The notes below the pieces were generated by a model. It was not told the origin of the DNA. It did not search any database and saw only the letters and a program-made list of their open reading frames with translations. A program made the position numbers and the translations under genes. Of a stretch of DNA of 64,000 nucleotides, positions 55,453-64,000 are shown in pieces; within the stretch, counting starts at the first letter, position 1; the number at the start of each line of letters is the position of its first letter. The stretch comes from Chloroflexota bacterium. GTDB taxonomy: Bacteria; Chloroflexota; Limnocylindria; Limnocylindrales; CSP1-4. The DNA is taken from assembly GCA_019637815.1 (NCBI GenBank), contig JAHBUZ010000008.1, positions 88,593 to 152,592 of the forward strand. The letters are read 5' to 3'.

Positions 55453-57150
55453 CTAGAGATCGGTGACCGCGCCCTTGCTTGCCGACGACACGGACCGCGC
55501 GTACTTGGCCATGACCCCGCGCGTGTAGTGCGGCGCGGGCGGCGTCCAGCCCTCGCGCCGACGCGCCAGCTCCGCCTCGTCCACCTCGAGGTCCAGCCGC
55601 CGCGCGTCGACATCGATGGTGATCATGTCACCGCTCCGGACGAAGGCGATGGGCCCGCCGTGGGCCGCCTCCGGCGCCACGTGGCCGATCATCAGGCCGT
55701 GCGTGCCACCGCTGAACCGCCCATCCGTCAGCAGGCCCACGGAATCGCCGAGGCCCTCGCCCACGAGCGCGCCCGTGACCGCGAGCATCTCCTGCATGCC
55801 GGGCCCGCCCACGGGACCCTCATAGCGGATGACGACCACGTCACCCGGCTCGATCTCCCGGCGGCTGACGGCCTGGAAGCACTCGTGCTCGGAGTCGTAG
55901 ACCTTGGCCGGTCCCCGGTGATAGCGCCGCTCGTGACCGGCGAGCTTGATGACACAACCATCGGGCGCCAGCGAGCCACGCAGGATGGCCAGGCCGCCGG
56001 TCGCCTTGAAGGGCGTCTCGATGTCCGACACCACGACCTGGCCGGGTGTCTCCTCGGCGGCATCGGCGATCTGGCGCAGGGTCTGGCCGGTGACCGTCGG
56101 CGCGTCACCATCGAGGAGGTCCCGCTTCAGCAGCTCCCGGATGACCAGCCCCAGCCCGCCGGCCTGGTACAGCTGGAGCGCGCGCCACGTGCCGCCGGGG
56201 CGCAGGTCCGCGACGATGGGCGTCCGGCCCGAGATGACGTCGAAGTCGTCGATCTCCAGCGGGATGTCGAAGGCATGCGCGATGGCCAGCAGGTGGAGCA
56301 CGCCGTTGGTCGAGCCGCCGGTCGCCGCGACCGACGCGATCGCGTTATCCAGGGCGCGCCGGGTCACGATGGACGACGGGCGCACATCCCGACGCACGAG
56401 ATCCATCACCAGCTCGCCCGTCTGTCGGGCGGCCTCGAGTTTCAGCGGGTCGGGCGCCGGGATGGCGTTGAGGCCCGCCGGTGAGAGCCCCAGGACCTCC
56501 ATGACCATGCTCATCGTGTTCGCGGTGTACTGGCCGCCGCAGGCGCCGGGCCCCGGGCAGGCCTCCGACTCGATGCGATACAGCTCGTCGAGGTCGATCT
56601 TGCCGGCGCGGTAGGCGCCGATCGCCTCGTAGATGGACACGACATCGAGGTCCTTGCCCGCCAGCTGGCCGGGCAGGATGGTGCCGCTGTACAGCAGCAC
56701 GGACGGGATGTCCAGCCGACCGACGGCGATGGCCGAGCCTGGGCCGGTCTTGTCACAGCCGAACAGGCACACGATGCCGTCGAACAGGTGGCCCCGGGCG
56801 ACCAGCTCGATGGAGTCCGCCACGACCTCGCGGCTGATGAGGGACGCCTTCATGCCCTCCGTGCCCATGGTCACGCCATCGCTCACGGAGATGGTGTTGA
56901 ACTCCATGGGTGTGCCACCGGCCGCGCGGATGCCCTCCTTGACCGCCTCCGCCAGCTCGCGCTGGTTGAGGTTGCAGGGCATCGTCTCGATCCACTGCGA
57001 TGCCACGCCGATGATGGGCTTGGCCAGGTCCTCGTCCGTGAAGCCCACGGCCTTGAGCATGCCGCGCGCGCCGGCCCGGTCGGGGCCGTCGGTCAGCGCC
57101 GCCGAGTGGCGCTTGGCGGGATCGGAGGGTCGGTCATAGGGGAGGGACAT
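55453..57150 (-). CDS. ilvD: Dihydroxy-acid dehydratase
   Basis: '[20 protein letters not shown]', 'FGCDKTGPG', 'CPGPGACGG' and '[11 protein letters not shown]'. Confidence 0.95.
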   Translation of the reverse strand: MSLPYDRPSDPAKRHSAALTDGPDRAGARGMLKAVGFTDEDLAKPIIGVASQWIETMPCNLNQRELAEAVKEGIRAAGGTPMEFNTISVSDGVTMGTEGMKASLISREVVADSIELVARGHLFDGIVCLFGCDKTGPGSAIAVGRLDIPSVLLYSGTILPGQLAGKDLDVVSIYEAIGAYRAGKIDLDELYRIESEACPGPGACGGQYTANTMSMVMEVLGLSPAGLNAIPAPDPLKLEAARQTGELVMDLVRRDVRPSSIVTRRALDNAIASVAATGGSTNGVLHLLAIAHAFDIPLEIDDFDVISGRTPIVADLRPGGTWRALQLYQAGGLGLVIRELLKRDLLDGDAPTVTGQTLRQIADAAEETPGQVVVSDIETPFKATGGLAILRGSLAPDGCVIKLAGHERRYHRGPAKVYDSEHECFQAVSRREIEPGDVVVIRYEGPVGGPGMQEMLAVTGALVGEGLGDSVGLLTDGRFSGGTHGLMIGHVAPEAAHGGPIAFVRSGDMITIDVDARRLDLEVDEAELARRREGWTPPAPHYTRGVMAKYARSVSSASKGAVTDL

Positions 57151-57275
57151 GGTCGGTCAGATCCTCGGGGTGCGTCGGGTCCCTGCCAGTGTACGGCGCG
57201 CGAGGGACGTCAGGAGGGCCGCTCGGGATCCTCAGCGTGGCCTGCCACCTCGCCGGGAGCGAGGGCCAGGGTCGG

Positions 57276-58130
57276 TCATTCGTCGGGAGCCAGCCGCTTG
57301 GCCGCGGTCCGACCCCGCACCGACCGCTGCCATTCCGGCCAGTCTGGATGGTCGTCCAGGATGCCCGCGGTGACCACGATCGCGGTCCTGGCAGTCATGT
57401 CGTCATCTCCATCGATGGCGACACCGACAAGGCGAGCCGCTTCCTCGAGGATGAAGTCCACATCCCCACGGGCGATCTCCCGTTCCATCGCGTCCTTGGC
57501 CAATGGATGCCCCCGGAGAGCAAGACCGTCGATCGCGCCGATGCGCGTCGCGCGGTGACGATCGTCCAGCCGTGCGACCAATGCGGAGACCGTCGCTTCG
57601 TCGCGGGCCTCGCTGTTCGCGAGACCGAAGGTCGCCCAGTCCCGTACATCGGCGGACCTGTCGGCCGAGAGCCCGCGGAGCAGGTCCAGTGCCTCCTCCT
57701 CATGGTCGGGAAACGGCAAGGCTCGAGCGACCGCCCCACGCACGTGCACACTGCGATGTCGACCCAAGGCCAGGATGCGTGTCCGTGCGCCGTGCGCCAT
57801 CTCGTATCCGTGGGATGCCGCGTGACCCAAGCCGATGATCGCGGCTTCCAGGACATCCGCATCCTCATCGTCCAGCAGGCCGACAAGACGCTCACCGACT
57901 TCAGTGACGTGCTCCTCATCGACCGTGCTGACCTGGCCCAGCATCGCGGCGGCCAGAGGGCGCGTCTCGGGCTTTCCGAGCAGCGTGCGGGCGATCCGCA
58001 TGGCGTCATCGGGGTCGGCGCGGATCAGACCCGCGAGTCGCTTGAACGCACGCTCATGTGATCGTCGATCGAGTGCGACCATCTCGGCGGCGAAGTCGGT
58101 CGCGCTCAAGGGTCGGGTCGTCGGCATCAT
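57276..58130 (-). CDS. HEAT-repeat protein (paralogue 1)
   Basis: Repeated '..VR..A..ALG..' helices, e.g. 'DADVLEAAIIGLGHA', 'VHVRGAVARAL', 'ADVRDWATFGL' and 'ATRIGAIDGLALRG'. The start could be 58130, 58127 or 58157. Confidence 0.65.
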   Translation of the reverse strand: MMPTTRPLSATDFAAEMVALDRRSHERAFKRLAGLIRADPDDAMRIARTLLGKPETRPLAAAMLGQVSTVDEEHVTEVGERLVGLLDDEDADVLEAAIIGLGHAASHGYEMAHGARTRILALGRHRSVHVRGAVARALPFPDHEEEALDLLRGLSADRSADVRDWATFGLANSEARDEATVSALVARLDDRHRATRIGAIDGLALRGHPLAKDAMEREIARGDVDFILEEAARLVGVAIDGDDDMTARTAIVVTAGILDDHPDWPEWQRSVRGRTAAKRLAPDE

Positions 58131-58199
58131 GCCCTCGGATCGGGTGGGTCGCGGCATCGATCGTACAACCGTCCGCCTGTGACGCTGCGTCTGGCGCCG

Positions 58200-58937
58200 T
58201 CAGGATCCCGGGTCGTCGGGGTCCTCGTCCTCCGGATAGTCGATGCCCAGTGTCCAGGCCACATCCCAGAGCGCGAAACTCCGGGTGCCGGCCTCGATCT
58301 CCCGCTCGACCGCGGCGCGGCCCTCGGCCTCGCCGCGCATCGCCAGACCGGCCGCGGCCTCGGTCCGGGTCTCATGGTCCTCGTCATCGAGGCGGGCGCG
58401 GAGGGCCGCACGGATCTCGTCCGAGTCCACCTCGATCTGGCGGGCGATGCCGAATGTCGCCCAGTCACGGACATCGACGTCGTCGTCGGTCATGAGGGTG
58501 AGGAGCGCCTCGACCACGCCCGTGTGCGGGACGAGGTCCTCTGCCGACCAGCTCGGCAGTGCCCATGCGACGCCATGCCGGACGTCCTCGTGCGGGTGGC
58601 CGGCAAGTGCGAGGACCCGAGGCAGGAGGTCATCGGCACCGACCCGCTGATGGCCAGCCGCATGCCCCAGCGCGATGACCGCGTTGGTCAGGGTCAGCGG
58701 GTCATCCTCGTCCAGCAGGTGACCCAGCCGCTGTACGGCGTCCTCTGCGAGGTCCGGCGCGTCCTGCACGACCTGGTTCAGGATGTCCGCCGCGATGTCC
58801 TGGTGCTCGCGCGCATCCAGCAACGCGACCGCGACCCGCATCGCCTCGACCGGGTCCGCGATCAGCTGCCGGAGGCGCTCGTACGCCGCGTCGTCATCGA
58901 GCCGGTCGACCTCGGCCGCGAACTCGAAGGGGTCCAT
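58200..58937 (-). CDS. HEAT-repeat protein (paralogue 2)
   Basis: Collinear with paralogue 1 ('FAAEVDRL', 'LTNAVIALGHAAGH', 'VDVRDWATFGIA', 'ETRTEAAAGLAMRG'). ATG 58937 follows GAAGGAG. Confidence 0.7.
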   Translation of the reverse strand: MDPFEFAAEVDRLDDDAAYERLRQLIADPVEAMRVAVALLDAREHQDIAADILNQVVQDAPDLAEDAVQRLGHLLDEDDPLTLTNAVIALGHAAGHQRVGADDLLPRVLALAGHPHEDVRHGVAWALPSWSAEDLVPHTGVVEALLTLMTDDDVDVRDWATFGIARQIEVDSDEIRAALRARLDDEDHETRTEAAAGLAMRGEAEGRAAVEREIEAGTRSFALWDVAWTLGIDYPEDEDPDDPGS

Positions 58938-59028
58938 GGCTGGCTCCTTCGCCTGTGTCGGATGACGCGCCCGCTGCGTCCGCAGCATGCCACGCCCCGA
59001 CATGGCGCGTCCGCACTGGCTCCAGGAC

Positions 59029-59238
59029 GAGCGCTCGACTGGTCGATCGAGTGCCGGACCATCAGGGGCACTTCCTGGCCAGATGCCCGACCGGTTGCGC
59101 ACCTGCCGGGTCATCGGGGCCACTTCCATGCCACATGCCCGACTGGTGGAGCGATCGGCGATGGGGCCGAGCGTGCGCGCCGAGCCCGGGCGCGACACCG
59201 AGTGGCACGTGGCCAGCCAGTCGGACCAAATGGCGGGG
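59029..59238. repeat. Copy B of the dispersed intergenic repeat (partner at 8303-8458), with an internal 52-bp duplication
   Basis: It has the same ordered blocks as copy A. CACTTCC(T/A)(G/T)GCCA(G/C)ATGCCCGAC(C/T)GGT occurs twice, at 59069 and 59121. Confidence 0.7.
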
Positions 59239-59314
59239 AGTGCGGCCACTGACCCTCCCCGGGCCCCCGACCCTCACCGCGCGCAGGCTCGCCGCATGGG
59301 GTCCCGTGCCTGGG

Positions 59315-59923
59315 TCAGCGACCCTCGGTGACCAGGTCGATGCCGAGCGTCGCACCCGCCTCCTCGCGGAGCAGCGCGAAACACAGCCCCGTGGCGAGGC
59401 TCCCGTCCGTCGCGCGGGTGTGGTTGCGGAACGTGGCCTCGTGGCGGAAGCCCAGCCGTCGCGCGATCGCTGCGCTCGCCTCGTTGCGCGCGTCGCACCA
59501 GATCTCCACGCGGTTCGCCTCGAGGTCCCGGAACGCCAACGTCGCCATGCCTCGGGCTGCCTCGGTCGCGAAGCCCTGCCCGGCGAACCGGGTCCGGATC
59601 CAGTAGCCGATCTCGAACCGACGGGCCGCCCAGTCGATGCGATGGAGCCCGGTCGAGCCGACCATCGTGGCGGGGTCGCTCATCAGATAGAGCTGGTACC
59701 GCAGGTCCGTGCGTCGCAGGAACTCCACCGTGGCGCGGCGCACGTTCGCCTCCGAATCGTCCGAGGTCGGCGGCTCCTGGGCCCAGGGCATCCAGGGTCG
59801 CAGCTCCGCGAGGGATTCGGTGATGGCGGCGCACAGCTCCGGCCCGTCACCGGCACGAGGGGCGCGCCCCAGCAGTCGCTCCGTCTGGAACGACTCGGGG
59901 ACGTCCGTCAGCGCGGGGTCCAT
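59315..59923 (-). CDS. GNAT-family N-acetyltransferase (RimJ/RimL-like)
   Basis: 'TERLLGRAPRAGDGPEL', 'EIGYWIRTRFAGQGFATEAARGM' and 'RVEIWCDARNEASAAIARRLGF'. Confidence 0.8.
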   Translation of the reverse strand: MDPALTDVPESFQTERLLGRAPRAGDGPELCAAITESLAELRPWMPWAQEPPTSDDSEANVRRATVEFLRRTDLRYQLYLMSDPATMVGSTGLHRIDWAARRFEIGYWIRTRFAGQGFATEAARGMATLAFRDLEANRVEIWCDARNEASAAIARRLGFRHEATFRNHTRATDGSLATGLCFALLREEAGATLGIDLVTEGR

Positions 59924-59963
59924 GGGTCGACGATGCCGATCGGGCAGGGGTCCAGGCGCGATC

Positions 59964-60356
59964 TCAGCCGCGCATGAACTCCGAGACCGCGTCCGGATCC
60001 TCCGCAGTGTAGAACCACACCTCGGCGATCCGGCCCTCCTGCACCCGGAACACGCCGATCTCACGACCGGACATGTCACCGCCATGACGCGCTGCGGAGA
60101 AGTCCACGAGCGCGACCACGTGGAGATCGCTCGCGAGCAGGTCCGTCACCTCCAGCTTGAAGGTGCCCTCCGTCTCCACCATCGACTGGCGGATGGCATC
60201 CATCACCGCGGCGCGGCCGTTGAGCGTGCCCAGGTACTCGTATGGCTCATGCCACACGACGTCCTCCGCGATGAGCGTCGCGGCGGCCTCCAGGTCGGCG
60301 TGCTGGCGTGCCTCGTACAGGCGACGGACGACCTCGCGATCCTCGTTCAGACCCAT
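59964..60356 (-). CDS. SnoaL/NTF2-like small protein
   Basis: 'VVRRLYEARQHADLEAAATLIAEDVVWHEP..GRAAV' and 'FRVQEGRIAEVWFY'. Confidence 0.65.
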   Translation of the reverse strand: MGLNEDREVVRRLYEARQHADLEAAATLIAEDVVWHEPYEYLGTLNGRAAVMDAIRQSMVETEGTFKLEVTDLLASDLHVVALVDFSAARHGGDMSGREIGVFRVQEGRIAEVWFYTAEDPDAVSEFMRG

Positions 60357-60367
60357 GTCGCGACCCG

Positions 60368-61003
60368 TCAGGCGGCCCCGGCCGAAGCCGGGATGGGGCG
60401 GGTATCCACGCGCGCGGGGTGCGTCGCCTCCCACGCGTCGATGGCGTCCGAGCGCTGCATCACCCAGCCGATCTCGTCGGTGCCGGCGAGCAGCATCTGG
60501 CGCGCGAACGGGTCGATGGTGAAGTCATACGTGGAGCCGTCCGGCAGCAGCATGCCCTGCTCCGCGAGGTCGATGGTGACGCCCGCGTCCGGGTCCGCCT
60601 CGAGCATGTCCCAGAGGCGTCGATGAGTCTCGGGGTCCACGACGATGGGCAGCAGCCCGTTCTTGAGCGAGTTGTTGCGGAAGATGTCCGCGAAGGACGT
60701 GCTGATGACCGCGCGGATGCCCCAGCTGGTGAGCGCCCACGGCGCGTGCTCGCGGGACGAGCCGGCCCCGAAGTTGTCGCCCACGAGGAGCACCTGGCGG
60801 CCCTGCATCTCCGGCTTGTTGAGGATGAAGTCGGGGTTCGGGGTGCCGTCCGGCAGGTAGCGCCAGTCGTTGAACAACGCGTCCGCGAGGCCGGACTTCT
60901 CGGTAGTCTTGAGGAAGCGGGCCGGGATGATCTGGTCGGTGTCGACGTTCTCCGCGTCGAGCGGGATCATCCGGCTGCTGACGGTGCTGAACGGCTCAGG
61001 CAT
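60368..61003 (-). CDS. leuD: 3-isopropylmalate dehydratase, small subunit
   Basis: 'NVDTDQIIPARFLK' and 'VGDNFGAGSSREHAPWAL..GIRAVISTSFADIFRNN'. Confidence 0.95.
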   Translation of the reverse strand: MPEPFSTVSSRMIPLDAENVDTDQIIPARFLKTTEKSGLADALFNDWRYLPDGTPNPDFILNKPEMQGRQVLLVGDNFGAGSSREHAPWALTSWGIRAVISTSFADIFRNNSLKNGLLPIVVDPETHRRLWDMLEADPDAGVTIDLAEQGMLLPDGSTYDFTIDPFARQMLLAGTDEIGWVMQRSDAIDAWEATHPARVDTRPIPASAGAA

Positions 61004-61087
61004 CTGGCGGCTCCTGGCTGCGAGGTGGCTCTGGCGCGTGGCGGCCGTGCGACTGCCGCGCGCTCCCTGGGGTGTCGGTCCGGCCGG

Positions 61088-62560
61088 TCAGCGGCCGCCG
61101 ACGGTGACGGGGGAGCGGTCCACGAGGGGCCGCGGGTCGCTGACCACGCCCGCCAGCGCGGTGGCAGCTGCGGTGAGGGGCGACGCCAGGAAGGTGCGCG
61201 CACCCTTGCCCTGCCGACCCTCGAAGTTGCGATTGCTGGTGGACACGATGTACTGGCCCGGTGCGCCCTGGTCGCCGTTCATGGCGATGCACATCGAGCA
61301 GCCGGCCTCGCGCCACTCGGCGCCGGCGGCCTTGAACACGTCCGCGAGGCCCTCGCGCTCGGCCTGGGCCTTCACCTGCTGGCTGCCCGGCACGACCATG
61401 ACCCGCAGGCCGTCCGCGATGTGGTTGCCCCGGAAGATGGCCGCGGCCTCCCGCAGGTCGCTGATGCGGCTGTTGGTGCAGGACCCGATGAACACGATGT
61501 CCACCTTCTGGCCCAGGAGCGGCTGACCCGGCCGAAGGCCCATGTAGTCGAGCGCCTTGTCGAGCGCCCGCTTGCCGGCCTCGTCCGTCTCCGCGTCCGG
61601 GTCGGGGACACCGGCCGTGAGGGCCATGCCCATGCCCGGGTTGGTGCCATAGGTGATCATCGGCTCCAGGGCGCTCGCGTCGATGACGATCGACTTCTCG
61701 TAGGCAGCGCCCGGGTCGGAGGGGAGGGTCCGCCAGCGTGCGACGGCCTCGTCGAAGGCGACGCCCTTGGGCGCGTGCGGCTTGTCCGCGACGTACTGGA
61801 AGGTCGTGTCGTCGGGGGCGATGAGCCCGGCGCGCGCGCCACCCTCGATGGACATGTTGCAGATGGTCATCCGCTCCTCCATCGAGAGCGCCTCGATGGC
61901 CGGACCGCGGTACTCGAACACATGTCCCGTGCCGCCACCCACGCCGATGCGCGAGATGAGGTTGAGGATGATGTCCTTGGCCGTGACGCCCGGCCGCAGC
62001 TTGCCGTCCACGCGGACCTCGTAGCTGCGCTGGGGTCGCTGGAGCAGCGTCTGCGTGGCGAGCACCATCTCCACCTCGGAGGTGCCGATGCCGAACGCGA
62101 GCGCCCCGAACGCGCCATGGGTCGCGGTGTGGGAGTCGCCGCACACGATGGTCATGCCCGGCTGCGTGAGACCCAGCTCCGGCCCGATGACGTGCACGAT
62201 GCCCTGGTGGTCGGAGCCCCGGCTGTACACCGGGATGCCGAACTCCTGGGTGTTCTTCTCCAGCTGGGCGACCTGGAACGCCGCCTGCTGGTCGAGGATG
62301 GGCAGCTCGCGGGGCGTCGTGGGGGTCGAGTGGTCGGCCGTGGCGACCGTCCGCTCCGGATGGCGGACCGTGATGCCCCGTCGACGGAGCCCTTCGAACG
62401 CCTGCGGGCTGGTGACCTCGTGGACGAGGTGGAGGTCGATGCCGATGATGCTCGGGGCACCCGGCTCCTCGTGCACCACGTGGTCGTCCCAGATCTTCCG
62501 GACGAGGGTGCGCGGAGCGGTGGACGAAGGAGTGGTCGGGCTGGTCGCGGCGTCGGTCAT
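61088..62560 (-). CDS. leuC: 3-isopropylmalate dehydratase, large subunit
   Basis: '[11 protein letters not shown]', '[14 protein letters not shown]', '[24 protein letters not shown]', '[11 protein letters not shown]' and '[10 protein letters not shown]'. I chose ATG 62560. Confidence 0.95.
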   Translation of the reverse strand: MTDAATSPTTPSSTAPRTLVRKIWDDHVVHEEPGAPSIIGIDLHLVHEVTSPQAFEGLRRRGITVRHPERTVATADHSTPTTPRELPILDQQAAFQVAQLEKNTQEFGIPVYSRGSDHQGIVHVIGPELGLTQPGMTIVCGDSHTATHGAFGALAFGIGTSEVEMVLATQTLLQRPQRSYEVRVDGKLRPGVTAKDIILNLISRIGVGGGTGHVFEYRGPAIEALSMEERMTICNMSIEGGARAGLIAPDDTTFQYVADKPHAPKGVAFDEAVARWRTLPSDPGAAYEKSIVIDASALEPMITYGTNPGMGMALTAGVPDPDAETDEAGKRALDKALDYMGLRPGQPLLGQKVDIVFIGSCTNSRISDLREAAAIFRGNHIADGLRVMVVPGSQQVKAQAEREGLADVFKAAGAEWREAGCSMCIAMNGDQGAPGQYIVSTSNRNFEGRQGKGARTFLASPLTAAATALAGVVSDPRPLVDRSPVTVGGR

Positions 62561-62769
62561 CGGAGGCTCACGGTGCGTTCGCGGTGTGGATCGGACCGTC
62601 GACGACGCCCGGTCGGTGGTCGTGCGGGACGCCGCAGGACGAGACCGCCGCGGTCGGCTGGCGGAACCCTGAGCGTAGCAGACCCGGCCCGGCCAGCGAA
62701 AGGGACGCCGACCGAGGACCATGGTGACGTCGATGCCGGCTCGTGGTGCATCGACCACGGGAGGTGGAT

Positions 62770-63141
62770 GTGAGCCCTGTCGAGGTCGTACGTGCGTTCT
62801 GGGAGCGGATGCAGGCGCGCGACTGGGACGGTGTGCGGGCGACGTTGGCCGATGATGTCATCGTGGACTGGCTGGAGACGAACGAACGGTTCGTCGGCGC
62901 GTCGAACGTGGTCTCGGTGAACGCGGCGTATCCGGAAGGCTGGGAGATCCGCGTCCTGCGGCTCGTGGAGCGGGACGCCCTCGTCGTCGCTGAGGTGGAG
63001 GTCCCTCACGCGGGCGTCGGCGTGTTCCGCGCTGCGGCATTCATGGAGGTGGCCGAGGGCCGGATCGTCCGCTCCGTCGAGTATTGGGTGCAGGTGGGCG
63101 GCAGCGAACCCCCCGCATGGCGAGCCGCCTACGCCGAGTGA
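62770..63141 (+). CDS. SnoaL/NTF2-like small protein
   Basis: '[31 protein letters not shown]' and '[11 protein letters not shown]'. GTG 62770 sits 5 nt after GGGAGG. Confidence 0.65.
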   Translation: MSPVEVVRAFWERMQARDWDGVRATLADDVIVDWLETNERFVGASNVVSVNAAYPEGWEIRVLRLVERDALVVAEVEVPHAGVGVFRAAAFMEVAEGRIVRSVEYWVQVGGSEPPAWRAAYAE

Positions 63142-63261
63142 CGTGACGTCAGCCGTGGAGGGCGCTGCCGGGTCGACATCCGATCGGGAGTGGGCCTGGC
63201 CCGTCCGCGCCCCTCGTGGTCGAGTCCGTCGGCGGATCGCGACGCGGCCCAGGGGACCTCG

Positions 63262-64000
63262 TCAGCCGCCACCCAGGCGACACGGATCCGGGTCGCTGGA
63301 CGCAGCGGACGGCGACCCGTCCGGACAGATCACCTCGTACCAGAACGTGATCGCCGCACGTTGACGGCGGCCGATCTGTGCGTCCGTGAGGTCCACCCAG
63401 ATGACGGACACCCACTCGAGGGTCGCCTCCCGCAGGTCGAGGCCCCGCAGGTCCGCGGGCGCGTCCACGCCCGCTCCTTCCAGCCCGGCATGGGAGAGTG
63501 CCGCGCCCGCGAGGCGTGCGCCGGCGAGGTCGCCTGCGAGGGTGGCGTGATCGAGCCGCGCGTCGCGGAGGTCCACGTCGCGCATCGATCCACCCAGGCG
63601 GGCCCACCGGGCATCCGCATCCCGCAGCACCGCGCCATCGAGAGCCGTGCCCGTGAGCGTCGCGCCGGTGAGGCGGATCCCGGTGAGGTCCGCACCCGCC
63701 AGATCGAGGTCGCGCAGCGTCACGAACGAGCAGTCCGCCGCTGGCCCCGGCTGGCACGTGGGTTCCCGGAAGGGGCCGGACTCGCTGGCGGCGATCGTCC
63801 CGCCGGCGGACGCGATGTCCAGCAGATGGACGCGATCGGATCCGGCTGCCAGGCGTTGGGCGATGCCGCTCGGCAGGAACGGTCGCGGTGCCGGCAACCG
63901 TTGCCACGAGCGTCCCGCGTCATCCGTCCGCCAGGCGAGCACCGCCATGCCGTAGATCGCGACCGCGTCGTCCGTGTCCCGGCGGCTCTCCAGGGAGAGC
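63262..64000 (-). CDS. Pentapeptide-repeat protein with an upstream Asp-box-containing region; the 5' end lies outside the window
   Basis: '[43 protein letters not shown]..' are A(D/N)LxX pentapeptides. The frame stays open upstream of the first ATG to the window edge ('..[26 protein letters not shown]'). Confidence 0.7.
   Translation of the reverse strand, partial: LSLESRRDTDDAVAIYGMAVLAWRTDDAGRSWQRLPAPRPFLPSGIAQRLAAGSDRVHLLDIASAGGTIAASESGPFREPTCQPGPAADCSFVTLRDLDLAGADLTGIRLTGATLTGTALDGAVLRDADARWARLGGSMRDVDLRDARLDHATLAGDLAGARLAGAALSHAGLEGAGVDAPADLRGLDLREATLEWVSVIWVDLTDAQIGRRQRAAITFWYEVICPDGSPSAASSDPDPCRLGGG

Noticed and set aside
60308-62773. An 821-aa plus-strand ORF across leuD/leuC. Similar long antisense ORFs include 49-1314(-), 852-2336(-), 8123-9700(-), 8854-10431(-), 10891-13056(-), 41074-42921(-), 51322-53265(-) and 53281-54975(-).
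   Set aside because: Each is antisense or out of frame to a gene with strong family motifs, and each has a low-complexity R/G/P/A/H composition. I treat them as GC-composition artefacts.
63143-63364. A 73-aa plus-strand ORF after the SnoaL-like gene.
   Set aside because: It overlaps the 3' end of the pentapeptide-repeat gene in antisense. It is Arg/Pro-rich, with no RBS and no recognisable motif.

Overview
This is a very GC-rich (about 70% by eye) bacterial chromosomal segment. Its gene content looks Actinomycetota-like: coproporphyrin-dependent haem genes including chdC/hemQ, KorAB, a PPOX/F420-type protein, frequent GTG/TTG starts, and many 4-8 nt start/stop overlaps. I can support about 55 protein-coding genes.

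Main gene groups, in window order:
- A seven-gene haem cluster with a HemC-HemD fusion and a tandem divergent UROD paralogue.
- A yybP-ykoY-type Mn riboswitch in front of a UPF0016/GDT1 transporter.
- An MFS pump and a DEAD-box helicase.
- DUF2264 plus an FGGY kinase.
- A NitT/TauT-type ABC importer.
- A sulfatase and korAB.
- A CopA-type P1B-ATPase with a CsoR-like palindrome.
- A GH18 hydrolase.
- A double zinc-ribbon polytopic membrane protein coupled to an S53 sedolisin.
- An OmpR/HK pair.
- Two KAS genes plus fabD, with no ACP gene.
- A divergent redox module: DUF2249, Grx-redoxin fusion, ArsR-like regulator, DUF59 and an NnrS-like protein.
- A 1353-aa protein with nine Calx-beta modules and a VWA domain.
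- ilvD, two HEAT-repeat paralogues and leuCD.

I found no rRNA, tRNA, CRISPR array, transposase or integrase.

Non-coding structure worth a second look:
- A dispersed repeat of about 160-210 bp, in two copies.
- A threefold tandem repeat of 93-116 bp.
- A 33-bp-period triple hairpin.
- Several operator-like palindromes in AT-richer islands.

All protein calls rest on motif recognition from the supplied translations. No database search was run. The many long ORFs antisense to real genes are treated as GC-composition artefacts.
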